Shown piece after piece: positions 12,422 to 23,672 of a stretch of DNA of 64,000 nt. The translations under genes and the position numbers were made by a program. How positions within the stretch are numbered: the stretch's first letter is position 1; the number at the start of each line of letters is the position of its first letter. Source of the DNA: Asterias rubens (lineage: Eukaryota). The DNA is taken from assembly GCF_902459465.1 (NCBI RefSeq), contig NC_047072.1, forward strand, positions 16,058,001 to 16,122,000, in the 5' to 3' direction. The notes beneath the pieces are model-generated. The model ran no database searches and had not been told where the DNA came from. It was given only the letters and a program-made list of their open reading frames with translations.

Positions 12422-13346
12422 ATGGCCGGCCTTTTTAATAAGACGACGACTTTACTTTGTGTTGTTATGATATTGACATCTTCATGTCATTGTAGAGTTT
12501 CCGTCAAAGAGAAGAGTTTCACCAAAGATGGCGATTTGATTATTGGTGGTTTACTACCTCTACATCATCCTAAACCATTCAATGCTCATGAATGTGGTGG
12601 TATTCGTTCAATTACTGCATTAAAGGAACTGGAAGCAATGGTCTATGCTATTAACTTCATTGACAATAATGACACTATATTACCAGGTGTACATCTAGGA
12701 TTCGATATTCGTGATACTTGCTTCTCTGAATCAATAACTCTCCGTTCTGCACTTAACTTTATTCCTGCGTACAGGTGTAACGACTCACACCAATCCATTG
12801 TGGGTGTGGTCGGTGCCCGACGAAGCAGTTCCAGCGTTCAAGCTGCTTTATTGTTTAGTTTGTTCAAAATACCACAAATTAGTTATCTTTCTACAAGTGA
12901 CGTGTTGAGTAATAAATATCGCTTTCCTTTCTTCATGAGAACAGTTAGCCCAGATGTGCTCCAAGTTGCAGCTATATATGATATTCTACTTGAGTTTGAC
13001 TGGACTTATATTTCTTTTATTAGCTCTGATGATGTTTATGGTCAAAACGGCCAAAAGGAGTTTAGGTTAAGAAGTATTGGAAGTCCAATCTGTACTGCAA
13101 CGTATCATACTGTTTCAGTCTTCAATGATAAAACTGTCTTTGATAAAGTAATCGGAGAATTGATGGAACTACAGGAAGACACAACCTCTGTTGTAGTTGT
13201 TTTATTTGTGGATATTCTGCTAGCGAGAAGAATCTTTGCTTCAGCAGATAACATGGGAGCTAAGAGACGATTCATCTGGGTTGGAAGTGATGGCTGGAGT
13301 AACTACGGCGATTTAGCGATTGATGGTTATGAGCAGGTTACAGCCG
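12422..13346 (+). CDS. Class C GPCR (mGluR-like) 5' coding exon '1B': signal peptide plus N-terminal Venus flytrap domain
   Basis: ATG at 12422, signal peptide (LLCVVMILTSSCHC), motifs GDLIIGGLLPLH, LGFDIRDTC, IVGVVGARRSSSS, IPQISYLSTS, FFMRTVSPD, WVGSDGW. Ends at GCC G|gtaaat, a phase-1 donor at 13347, homologous in position to the exon 1A donor. Confidence 0.95.
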
Positions 13347-13710
13347 GTAAATTTAAACCTAATCCAAAGAAAATATTCTTAAACATCGTGAATGTGATTC
13401 TTAAATATATGATCATTATACAGAGACGGTTGTGTGTATCATGCATTTATAGGACCGAGTTAGTTAACTCATCGCCAAACCAATGTTAACATTATTTTGA
13501 CAAATATTGAGAAACAATTTCTCTTTGGAGATGATAGCCATCATTGAATGAAGTTTAAAATATTAATCTTTGAACGTTTATCGACAGGATAGTCTTTCCA
13601 TCCTCCATGGTATTTCAAACAAGCCTCTTATTAGTTTCAAGCAAATGTCATTGTACGTTTTACCTATCCAATTGAACTTAAAGGTCAAGCTGTTATTGAG
13701 ATGTATCGTA

Positions 13711-13843
13711 AGTAAGATGTATTGTAAGATCAATAACAGTAAGATGTATTGTAAGATCAATGACAGTAAGATGTATTGTAAGATCAATGACAGTAAGACG
13801 TATTGTAAGACCAATGACAGTAAGATGTCTTGTAAGATCAATG
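13711..13843. repeat. 27-bp minisatellite, ~5 copies
   Basis: Unit AGTAAGATGTATTGTAAGATCAATGAC; explains the repetitive short ORFs at 13570-13947. Confidence 0.9.
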
Positions 13844-14063
13844 GCATCTTGAGGTGGTTCGATTTTTGAATGGTGTGAATTCCGGTACAAACATACAGTG
13901 ATAAAATTATAATGTTGTGCTCCGATGTACATTATACACACAGACATCGACGTAAAGTAGAATGGGACAGAAATTCAATTTATTTTCCAACACTTCATCC
14001 TTCACTCTAAATATAATTTAACTCAGTTGAGTGAATAACGAATTTCAAGCAGATATTTTGAAT

Positions 14064-14436
14064 TTAAAGGCACCGGACACTACTGGTTTTTACTCAAAAT
14101 AATTTGTAGCATTAAAACTAACTTGAACGATCAATGGCGAACTATTGATAGTATAAAACGGCTCCATCTGAAGTAACGTAGTTTTTGAGAAAGAAGTAAT
14201 TTTTCAAAACAGTTATTGAATTGAAATCGAGATCTCAGCTGAGGTCTTGAATTCAAGCATCTGAAAGCACATCACAACTTGTGCGACAATGGTGTTTTTC
14301 TTCCATTATTCTCTCAATTTCGACGACCAATTGAGTTCAAATTTTCACAGGTTTGTTATTTTATGCATGTTGGGATACACCGAGCGAGAATACTGGTCTT
14401 TGCATGGCAATACCAAAGGTGTCCAGTTGCCTTTAA
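14064..14436. mobile_element. Full-length TTAA-flanked AGGCA...TGCCT MITE (Kolobok/T2-like), in the GPCR intron
   Basis: TTAA|AGGCACCGGACAC ... GTGTCCAGTTGCCT|TTAA; at least four related copies in this window. Confidence 0.85.
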
Positions 14437-15537
14437 ATTATTTATTTACAGTGTTGTCATGTGTGATGAAGTAATGCGTCAACATTACACAAAATGTAGC
14501 GATGCATCAGTTTATGCAGTCCAAACTATAGGTTGTTTTCTCCCTGAATGTCATTTACCTAAGGCCAACCATTTAATGTAGCGATGCATCAGTTTATGCA
14601 GTCCAAACTATAGGTTGTTTTCTCCCTGAATGTCATTTACCTAAGGCCAACCATTTGATGGACATCATGAAGGCCTGTCTCATTTCCTTCCAGAGAATCA
14701 ATATTAATCACGCTAGGAGTATCTCTCAGAAATATAATCTTTCTCAAGACAGGGCGTTTTATAAACATTCTTAAAAAGAAAGATGGTTTAGAAGCAACAC
14801 AATATTGACTAATAAAATATTGATGGTGGTGGCTTGTTTGTCTTACTTCGTCAAGCCGCCCATTGTTCGCTCACGAAAAACTGTGGAAATAAGCCAAACA
14901 AAATAAACATAATAAAGGTCGTTTTTAGCGGTAAGCTGAAAGGCTACTATGCCCGAACTCAGTGACACACGAATATTCAATCGAATATTTAATCATTCAG
15001 TCTACTTATCTTAAAATTATCATCTTATATAACCTCGAAAACTACCCCGAACCGACATAATTTGTCACTAAGGTTACAAACAATGATGTCAGGATTAGCA
15101 ATTTGATAAATTAAAAAACAAACCATCACGATCAATCGCTTTTTCCCCCGAGTCTATAGAGCCACGTTTCAGTTCCACAAACGCGATCATAATGAATTGC
15201 GTTCTACCCTGAACCTTAAAAAAAATAAAATACAAATAAAAACAATATAACATGTTCAGGGATGCGAAAAGTTCGTAGCTACATTTGAAATACAAAAATA
15301 AGCTTTTTGTGTTGTACCGACCCAGCCCAACCTAACCCAGCCCAACCTACACTAAACCCACACACCCACCGATCATTCACCCAATCCACCCCCAAAACAC
15401 CACAACCTACCCCAAAAAATGGAGGAAGGAAATTCCTCCATCACTCATGCCCAAACCAAACGTCTGGGGGGGGGGGATGAGATATAAGTATATAAACCAA
15501 TTACTATTTACATGCCCTTTTGTTTTTGTGTCTGCAG

Positions 15538-16718
15538 GTGCATTTACAGTGTCTCCTTTATCGAGGAAGCTTGATACATTCGATGAGTACTTTCACTCTC
15601 TCAACACAACCAGCAAGAATCCCTGGCTCCTAGAGTTTCTAGAGACTTACACTGACTGCTCATCAACGGATACAGGGAACCAGAGTTGTGATAGACCGGG
15701 ACTGATTGGTCAAGCAGATGACGGTCAAGCATCTCATGAAACTCTAGTAATTGATTCAGTCTTTACTTTTGCTTATGCTCTCGATAAAATGCGACGAGAT
15801 AGATGCCCTGGTGATGTGACAGGACTATGTCCCAATATGACTGACATTGACGGTGATTCCTTGTTGGAATACCTTCTTGATACACAGTTTCAAAGTCTGG
15901 CTAATGGTTGGATTAGTTTTACAGATGAAGGGAATATGTATGGAAGGTATGCCGTCAATCACCTACAGGGTAATAACTCAACAGGAAAGTTTAGCTTTCT
16001 GCGTGTTGGAGAGTGGAGACAATCCATAGATCCAACCAAACCTAATTTAAGAATAGGGACAGATGTCCCTTGGTATTTATGGGAAGGAGCATCCATTAAC
16101 AATGAGACTGGTATCCCAAGATCAGTATGTAGCTTCCCTTGCCAACCTGGAGAGAAAATCAACCGTATTCCAGACAACCTGTGCTGCTGGACCTGCACCC
16201 CTTGTGAACAATCCGAGATCGTAGTGAATAACGGTACCCAATGCGAGTCTTGTATTGATATAGACATTAAGAAGTTTAGTTGGCCTAATGAAGACCAATC
16301 AGCTTGCGTTGATATCCCTTCTGACTTCATCCTTAGTGATCAACCATGGGCTATTACTATTCTAAGTGTAGCTTCCATATGTGTAGCAGCTACTATCTTC
16401 GTCATGGGTATCTATATCCGTAATCAAGAGATGCCACTTATTAAAGCATCAAGTCGGGAGCTTAGTTACATCATCTTCATTGGCATCATCATGTCTTACG
16501 TCACAGCTATCTTCTTCTCTGTGGCACCTTCTCCTTTCGTTTGCGTCCTCCGACGTCTTGGACCAAACATCGCCACATCTCTCATCTATGCGTCCATAGC
16601 AACCAAGACAATCAGACTCTATCGTATATTCAGAGCATCTAAGAAGTCAGCAAAGAGACCTAACTACATCGGATCCATGTTTCAAGTTGCATTGTCGCTT
16701 ATCGTCACAGCTCTAGCG
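15538..16718 (+). CDS. Class C GPCR exon 2: rest of the VFT, 9-Cys cysteine-rich domain, TM1-TM4 start
   Basis: Acceptor ttttgtgtctgcag|GT (phase 1, G+GT=Gly, giving GAFTVSP). Contains KNPWLLEF, CRD SVCSFPC..CCWTCTPC..CESC..WPNEDQSAC (9 Cys), PLIKASSRELSY, KTIRLYRIF. Donor GCG|gtgagt at 16719. Confidence 0.95.
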
Positions 16719-17057
16719 GTGAGTAGAAAACTTAATTACCTCAACCTTTTTCAAAAAAGTATAAGACGTTCCAAACTAATTGGTTCGCCGATTTACAAAC
16801 AAAACAAAACAATATGGTTCAATGTCTTGATTCGTTTTCAGTTTTAATTTCAGATCAAACACATAAGTTTTAAGTGGTTTGTTTGTTGAAGTTAAAGATC
16901 GTTACAGTTATAATAACTGTAATAGCAGAACGACTACAATACCATCAAGACAAAATGTTTGATTGTGACAATGATTGTTATTCACTACAATATACAAGTG
17001 CATGATTTCAGCAGCGGAGTAATTATTCATCTGATTTGTCTTGTATCTTGTATTCAG

Positions 17058-17906
17058 GTTATTTGGACCGTTGTGTGGATTTGTGTGGATCCACCTAAAG
17101 TAGTTCCCGAGATGCCGAATGAGAAAGAGAATAAGCTTCAAGTAACATGTCATCTTAATATCATTGAGACTGTTGGTGTGATGATATGGGATGTAGCTCT
17201 CGTTATTGTCTGTTGTATCTTTGCATTTATGACCCGGAAACTTCCAGAGAATTACAACGAAACACGCTTCATAACATTTTGCAGTTTCTGCACCTTAGTG
17301 GTTTTCGTCACCTTCTCACCAATTTACTTCACATCACGTGAGCCGTACTACCAAGCTAGCTACTACTCTGCTGGTCTTATCATCAATGCTACAGTAACTC
17401 TTACATGCCTCTTTGCAGTTAAAATCTACGCTTTGTACTTCGTAGATGAAGATGAGATGAACATCTTCACACAGACACGTCTTCGAGCTAATACCAAGAC
17501 AGCTTCGACTCGTGGCATGCCACCACCTAACATTACTTCATCGACAACTCAGAATGAAGTTCATTCAAACCCAACGTATGTAACAGAAGCAGAAAAATAT
17601 ACATCAATGCCAATGGAAAGCAAGTCCAACCCTGACGTCAATAGGAATGAACCTAGGGGTAATCGATACAGAAGTTGTTCAAGTAACAGTAGCAAAGGTC
17701 TCAATAAACCTACTAACTCCACAGGCGTTATGGAAAGACTTAGTCGACCAAATAAGGTGGACCCTGATACGTCAAAGTTACGTCATAACGACAGCCAAAC
17801 TCAACGTGCAAATGGTGTAACATCACCTGATCAAATTGCGGCAGCTAGTCCAGATACAAAAGTCATATTTAATCCCGATGTGGTTGAATTTGATACCCAT
17901 ATGTAA
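17058..17906 (+). CDS. Class C GPCR exon 3: TM4-TM7 and cytoplasmic tail ending in a class I PDZ-type motif (DTHM)
   Basis: Acceptor cttgtattcag|GTT (phase 0). Contains TRKLPENYNETRFITF and FSPIYF; stop TAA at 17904-17906. Spliced 1B+2+3 = 2955 nt (984 aa); 1A+2+3 = 3000 nt (999 aa); both stay in frame. Confidence 0.93.
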   Translation, partial: VIWTVVWICVDPPKVVPEMPNEKENKLQVTCHLNIIETVGVMIWDVALVIVCCIFAFMTRKLPENYNETRFITFCSFCTLVVFVTFSPIYFTSREPYYQASYYSAGLIINATVTLTCLFAVKIYALYFVDEDEMNIFTQTRLRANTKTASTRGMPPPNITSSTTQNEVHSNPTYVTEAEKYTSMPMESKSNPDVNRNEPRGNRYRSCSSNSSKGLNKPTNSTGVMERLSRPNKVDPDTSKLRHNDSQTQRANGVTSPDQIAAASPDTKVIFNPDVVEFDTHM

Positions 17907-20900
17907 ACCTTACGGCTTCATAAGTAGATTACTTCTACAAAAGGACACTTTTATGAAAGCTACATTAAGGCCTACTAACCTTATACCGTTCATATTGTAA
18001 ACATTGCACAATACATCCCTATACGAAACACTAGACACGCAACCTTGATGTGACTTTGTGTGTTGGTGGTACAAGTCAAAAAAAGAACAGACAAAACCCA
18101 AGAGTATTGTAGCTGTTCAAATTGATTTCACCCTCCAATGCACTTTTTGCATCGAAATTTAAACTAATTATAGTTTTGATTAACCCAGTGCAATCCCGTA
18201 CACTTTAATTCGTTTAGTTTACTGTTGTGATGTAAATATATAACGGTAATGTTGGTGAGTACAATTGCACAGCAACATTTTGTCTTTTTTGTTTTCCTCT
18301 CCAAATGTTTTCATTCTGGTACTCATTCTAATCAGTTTGATATACATTTGGGGGATTTTGTGGGCGTGTTTCCGAAAAACAAACGTGTTGTACCGAAACA
18401 AGAAGTTCAGAAAGTATTATTTTTTGTATGGAATGATACAAGTAATAAATCCAAGGCTGAACTTGACTTTATCTTTATGGAATGATACAAGTAATAAATC
18501 CGAGGCTGAACTTGACTTTATCTTTAATGATATATTTTGTGTAAATAATTATTGTCTTTAAGTTCATTTGTCGTTACTGGTTATGACGTATTTATTTAAT
18601 GGACAGTGTGAATTTAAGTTGCTTCAATTTATCACATTTTTGTCTTTCGTATTACAATGGTGTCAATAGAGCTGACAAAATATTTACGGCAAAAGTTATT
18701 TCCTTTTTGAGTGAATGGATTTTATTTAAGGCGTAAATGAAGTGCGGGGTGATTAATTGGACATCAGTGATAGAGACGTGCACTTCATTGTAACAAAAAA
18801 CACGATTAGAAAAATTTATTATTTCGTCAGGAAAAATAACTTGTTGTCAATTATTGATAACATATTTAACAATACTGAATGTTATAGGTAGCCTTTCGGT
18901 TTGTCATTTCCAAACCCATTGGTAAAGACAATTATAATAGGTTGATGAACAGTAACAACGATAAGAGAATTTTACATTATACTATTTGTTATTGTTAACG
19001 GAATAAACAGCGTTAGAGTGTACAAGTTGTTATAAGTATATTTATTTAAATTGCTGGCCATATTTCAGCGATATGTAATGATTACTCATTAAGATCTGAC
19101 AACATAATTCGTTGTCAGCATCGTTAATTTAACAATTATTTTAGAACTCGCTTACTCAGTAGAACAAAGTTGTTGCTTTGCCGCATGTTTTAGCCTAGCT
19201 TTGTTCAACTCTACAAAATAAAGTAAGAACTTGCGCAATTAACCATCCACAATTCATACGGTTTGAAAACGTGATACTTTCTTAGTTGGATAATGTTTAT
19301 ACTTGTATGGATGGATTGCACATGACGTCACTGACCGCCATCTTTAATAAACGATGCCAACGTGCGCACATGATGCGCTCTCTGCGCATGACCATCAGCA
19401 AATGGTAGCCTTGCACGCGCGCACATTTCACCAAGGGGATCATTCACCTAACAATGTAACTGCGTAAGCGACAAATAATGCTATGTAATAAACAAATAAT
19501 TAATGTAGCTTCAGGTAAAAATAGTGAACATTACTAAAGAACTTCTTTAACCATTTCAAACTCAAAAGACAAATAAATGCACCAAGAAGACATCTCAACA
19601 AAAGTAATCTTAAATTGGACGAGATACAAGCTATGCCGGACTGTGACTATGACGTTATAGCCAAAGCAAGTAAATTTCATTCAATTCAATTTCATCTATT
19701 TGTATTTGTAATTATTTTTATTTATCTATTTCTATTTTATTTCCTAAGTTTCAATCATGGTTTAATCGGATTATATACAAAGTACAGAAAAGTTTGATGA
19801 AATTACAATATTGAGCCAATTTGACGGAAACAGCTTTCCAAAGTCGCATTCACGCTGAACAGTTAAATTAAGTTAATATTCAAATCGCACAGCTACACAA
19901 CAATGTCTAGTGACAATAGAACGATTTTAATTCGAAGATGACATCGATCTGGAAGCGATTACTTCAGAATCAAATAAGTATGCGCCTTCTAGTGAGTCAT
20001 AATATTTTGTTCTCAAGGTTAATACCGCAAGAACAGATTGTCAAGATGCCTGAAGCAAAGCAGGAACGTTATCTTGTCTTGGGCTTCTTTATCCAACGTG
20101 ATCATTTTAAGGCCTATGTAATAAATGATATAGAGTCAATATTGCATTTCCGATTTATGAGATTACAAGGTTAAGAAATGATTAGAACTAATTAGAACTG
20201 ATATAACTTATAAGAAATAATAGAACTCATAAGAACTGCTAGAACTTAAAAGAACTGCTAGAACTCATAAGAACTGATATAGCTGATAGAACTTATAAGA
20301 ACTGATCTAGAATGTGAAAATATCTGAAACTTCGCTTGATGGGTTTTTGTCATGCTCATTTCCAGCTATAGTTTCAGCCTGTGTCTTACAGCGTTCAATG
20401 TCATGGCTCTGTTTATAGGACTTGGGGCCCGAGCGTATATAAGCATTGCCATGAAACTGAAGGCCCAGACCAGATTTCCACTCACATCTTATAACCAATT
20501 GGTCATGCACAAGTGCAGTGATTTAATATCGAATCGTAACGAACAGGTGAATATACAGGTTTTTTGTGTCTGTCCGACGCATCATTTTCCATACCCTAGG
20601 GTGCATTTTCGCAGTCGTAACCAATACTGTTTCGTTTGAATTTGCTTTTGGTTAACCAGTGGCCAGTGACCGAAACATTTAATGATTACAGATGCGAAAT
20701 AACGCACCCATGGCAATCCTTCTAAGAAATGCCACTGTTTGATAGACTTTTAAGAGGCCCTAGACCTTACATGTCGAATTTGTTTATCTACAAATAACCC
20801 CAAAACAAAGGTTCTCTTCCAAAGATTCTAAGAGGATTGCAAGAGGGAGGGCTGGAAGGTGGTGTTGACGACGTATAGCAATAACGTCGTCTATTAACTT

Positions 20901-21719
20901 TCCCTTTCTTCTCGGTGGACATCCATATTGTTGCATTGTGTAAAAGTTTAACGGACAGGTCAATTCCTTCTCTTTACACGCATGACGTCCACTAACTCAA
21001 GTCTCACTAATTGCTCGGTGATTGGTGGGTTCGCTAAGAGCCTGCGTCCAGTCCAGGACGGACAGGTGCAACCACCCGAAATGCTCTTGATCCATTAGGT
21101 CAATTTAAACAGAGACTAGATCAACCGACTGACAGAACAATCAAGGACGGACAGACAGACTGACTAACGGACAGGCACAACACATCTCAGTGTTTTGGAC
21201 TGACAGTGTTTTACGATTAGTTGTAATTACGGCTGTTATAATCAGACACTAATTAGTTGATTTATACCTGCTATTGAAAGTAATTTAATAAACACATTTC
21301 TGCACCAAGAGTCTTTTTGTACAATTTGATTTATTTTGAGTGTCTCGTCCATTGTCGTGTGTTTCTGCATGAGTTCTTCCTTTATTGGCGACATTTTGTT
21401 TCGAGTATGTCTTCACATTGTCTTGACACTGTCTTGACAGGTAAGTATGGATCCTGACAAAGTATCTTAGGGTGTGCAAACAACTGCGGTAGATGTATTT
21501 TAAGTGCGTGCACTTTATCTTTGTTTTAGTGACTCCTCGGGTATAGTTTTCTCACGAACCTAAGAAGGAGCAGGGCGGTAACACAACATGCAGTAGAGAG
21601 GCGAAGGTTTTTATCGTGCACGCATTAGCAATGTTTAGTCTTGTTTCGTGTACGGTTAGTGCCACTTGCGCAGATACTAAAAAAGGCTTTTTATTGAAGA
21701 TAATATCCTGTGACGACAG

Positions 21720-22349
21720 GAAGATGTGGTCGCAGGGTTTTATATTGTTGTCATGAAGATGTGGTCGCAGGGTTTTATATTGTTGTCATGAAGATGTGGT
21801 CTCAGGGTTTTATATTGTTGTCATGAAGATGTGGTCGCAGGGTTTTATATTGTTGCCATGAAGATGTGGTCGCAGGGTTTTATATTGTTGTCATGAAGAT
21901 GTGGTCGCAGGGTTTTATATTGTTGTCATGAAGATGTGGTCTCAGGGTTTTATATTGTTGTCATGAAGATGTGGTCTCAGGGTTTTATATTGTTGTCATG
22001 AAGATGTGGTCGCAGGGTTTTATATTGTTGTCATGAAGATGTGGTCGCAGGGTTTTATATTGTTGTCATGAAGATGTGGTCTCAGGGTTTTATATTGTTG
22101 TCATGAAGATGTGGTCTCAGGGTTTTATATTGTTGTCGTGAAGATGTGGTCGCAGGGTTTTATATTGTTGTCATGAAGATGTGGTCGCAGGGTTTTATAT
22201 TGTTGTCATGAAGATGTGGTCGCAGGGTTTTATAATGTTGTCATGAAGATGTGGTCGCAGGGTTTTATATTGTTGTCATGAAGATGTGGTCGCAGGGTTT
22301 TATATTGTTGTCATGAAGATGTGGTCGCAGGGTTTTATAATGTTGTCAC
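21720..22349. repeat. 35-bp minisatellite, ~18 copies
   Basis: Unit GAAGATGTGGTCGCAGGGTTTTATATTGTTGTCAT with CGC/CTC variants. Confidence 0.97.
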
Positions 22350-22799
22350 AGTACAATGTATTCATCTTCTTCTTTTCTGCAATCTGCAATCAAGGCCAAG
22401 CTTTCCAGAAGCTCAAAACACAAATCTGTCCATGATTCGTATTGATCTACCTTCTCGTCAGTATTTCTTTTGTTTGTGACAATTAGTGACAATTATTTAC
22501 TCAATAACTTGAACTCAGTAAATGAAAAGTGAATTTCGTAAATCATCCAAAGGCAACTATGTCAAGCTTGGGAGTATTTGTTTTCTTAAAGTTTAACGGA
22601 GCAATAATTTAGGACTTATTTTTAGATTGTCAGTTGCCATCAATGTCCGTGTTAGCTTGGAGCTAGTATAAGCTTAAGCCACCCAAGAGAGCAAGATGTT
22701 TTTATATTATTGTTAGCTTTATTTTTCTACGTACTTGCGAAGAACAACACTGTATTCTAGGTCAAATAAATCAGACACTGTCAGAAATAAATGGCATGA

Positions 22800-23093
22800 A
22801 ACCAGGGGAAAGATATAGGAAAATGAAAGTAGTAGTCATGCATAGCTTGCATATAAAGAGCAACACAGACAGACAGACAGACAGCCCGTGGGACTCCCCC
22901 CTCCCCTAAGGGTCTGAAGAGATATAGGAAAATGAAAGTAGTAGTCATGCACAGCTTGCATAATAAAGAGCAACACAGACAGACAGACAGACAGACAGCC
23001 CGTGGGACCCCCCCCCCTCCCCTAAGGGTCTGAAGAGATATAGGAAAATGAAAGTAGTAGTCATGCATAGCTTGCATATAAAGAGCAACACAC

Positions 23094-23128
<35 letters not shown>

Positions 23129-23283
23129 GCCCGTGGGACCCCCCCCTCCCTTAAGAGTCTAAAGAGATATAGGAAAATGAAAGTAGTAGTCATGCATAGC
23201 TTGCATATAAAGAGCAACACAGACAGACAGACAGACAGACAGAGAGCCCGTGGGACTCCCCCCCCCCTCCCCTAAGGGTCTGA
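22800..23283. repeat. ~120-bp tandem repeat x4, each unit with a variable (GACA)n microsatellite and poly-C
   Basis: Repeated GATATAGGAAAATGAAAGTAGTAGTCATGCATAGCTTGCATATAAAGAGCAACAC(AGAC)nAGCCCGTGGGAC(C)n. Confidence 0.92.
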
Positions 23284-23320
23284 AGTACGCCTAAATATGA
23301 ACTATATATCGGACGGTCTA

Positions 23321-23672
23321 TTAAAGGCACTGGACAATGACGGTAATTACTTATAATAATTGTGAGCATAAACCTTACTTGGTAACAAGCAATGGGGAGC
23401 TGTTAATGTTATAAAACATTGTGAGCTAGAAACAACTCCCTCCGATGCTCTGAAGTAACGTAGTTTTTGAGAAAGGGGTGACTGGTTACTCAAATAAACT
23501 ACTCCTGGCCTTATTTAGGCCTTTTTTAATAGGCATCTGAAAGCACTACAAGGGTGTTTTTTTCTTTCATTATTGCAACTTCGTCGAGTCCAAATTGTCA
23601 CAGGTTGCTTGGGATACACCAAGTGAGAATACTTGTCTTTGTCTATTTCCAAATGGCCACTCAGTGTTTTAA
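23321..23672. mobile_element. Diverged copy of the TTAA/AGGCA MITE family
   Basis: TTAAAGGCACTGGACA start; shared internal blocks (CTGAAGTAACGTAGTTTTTGAGAAAG, GCATCTGAAAGCAC). Confidence 0.75.
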
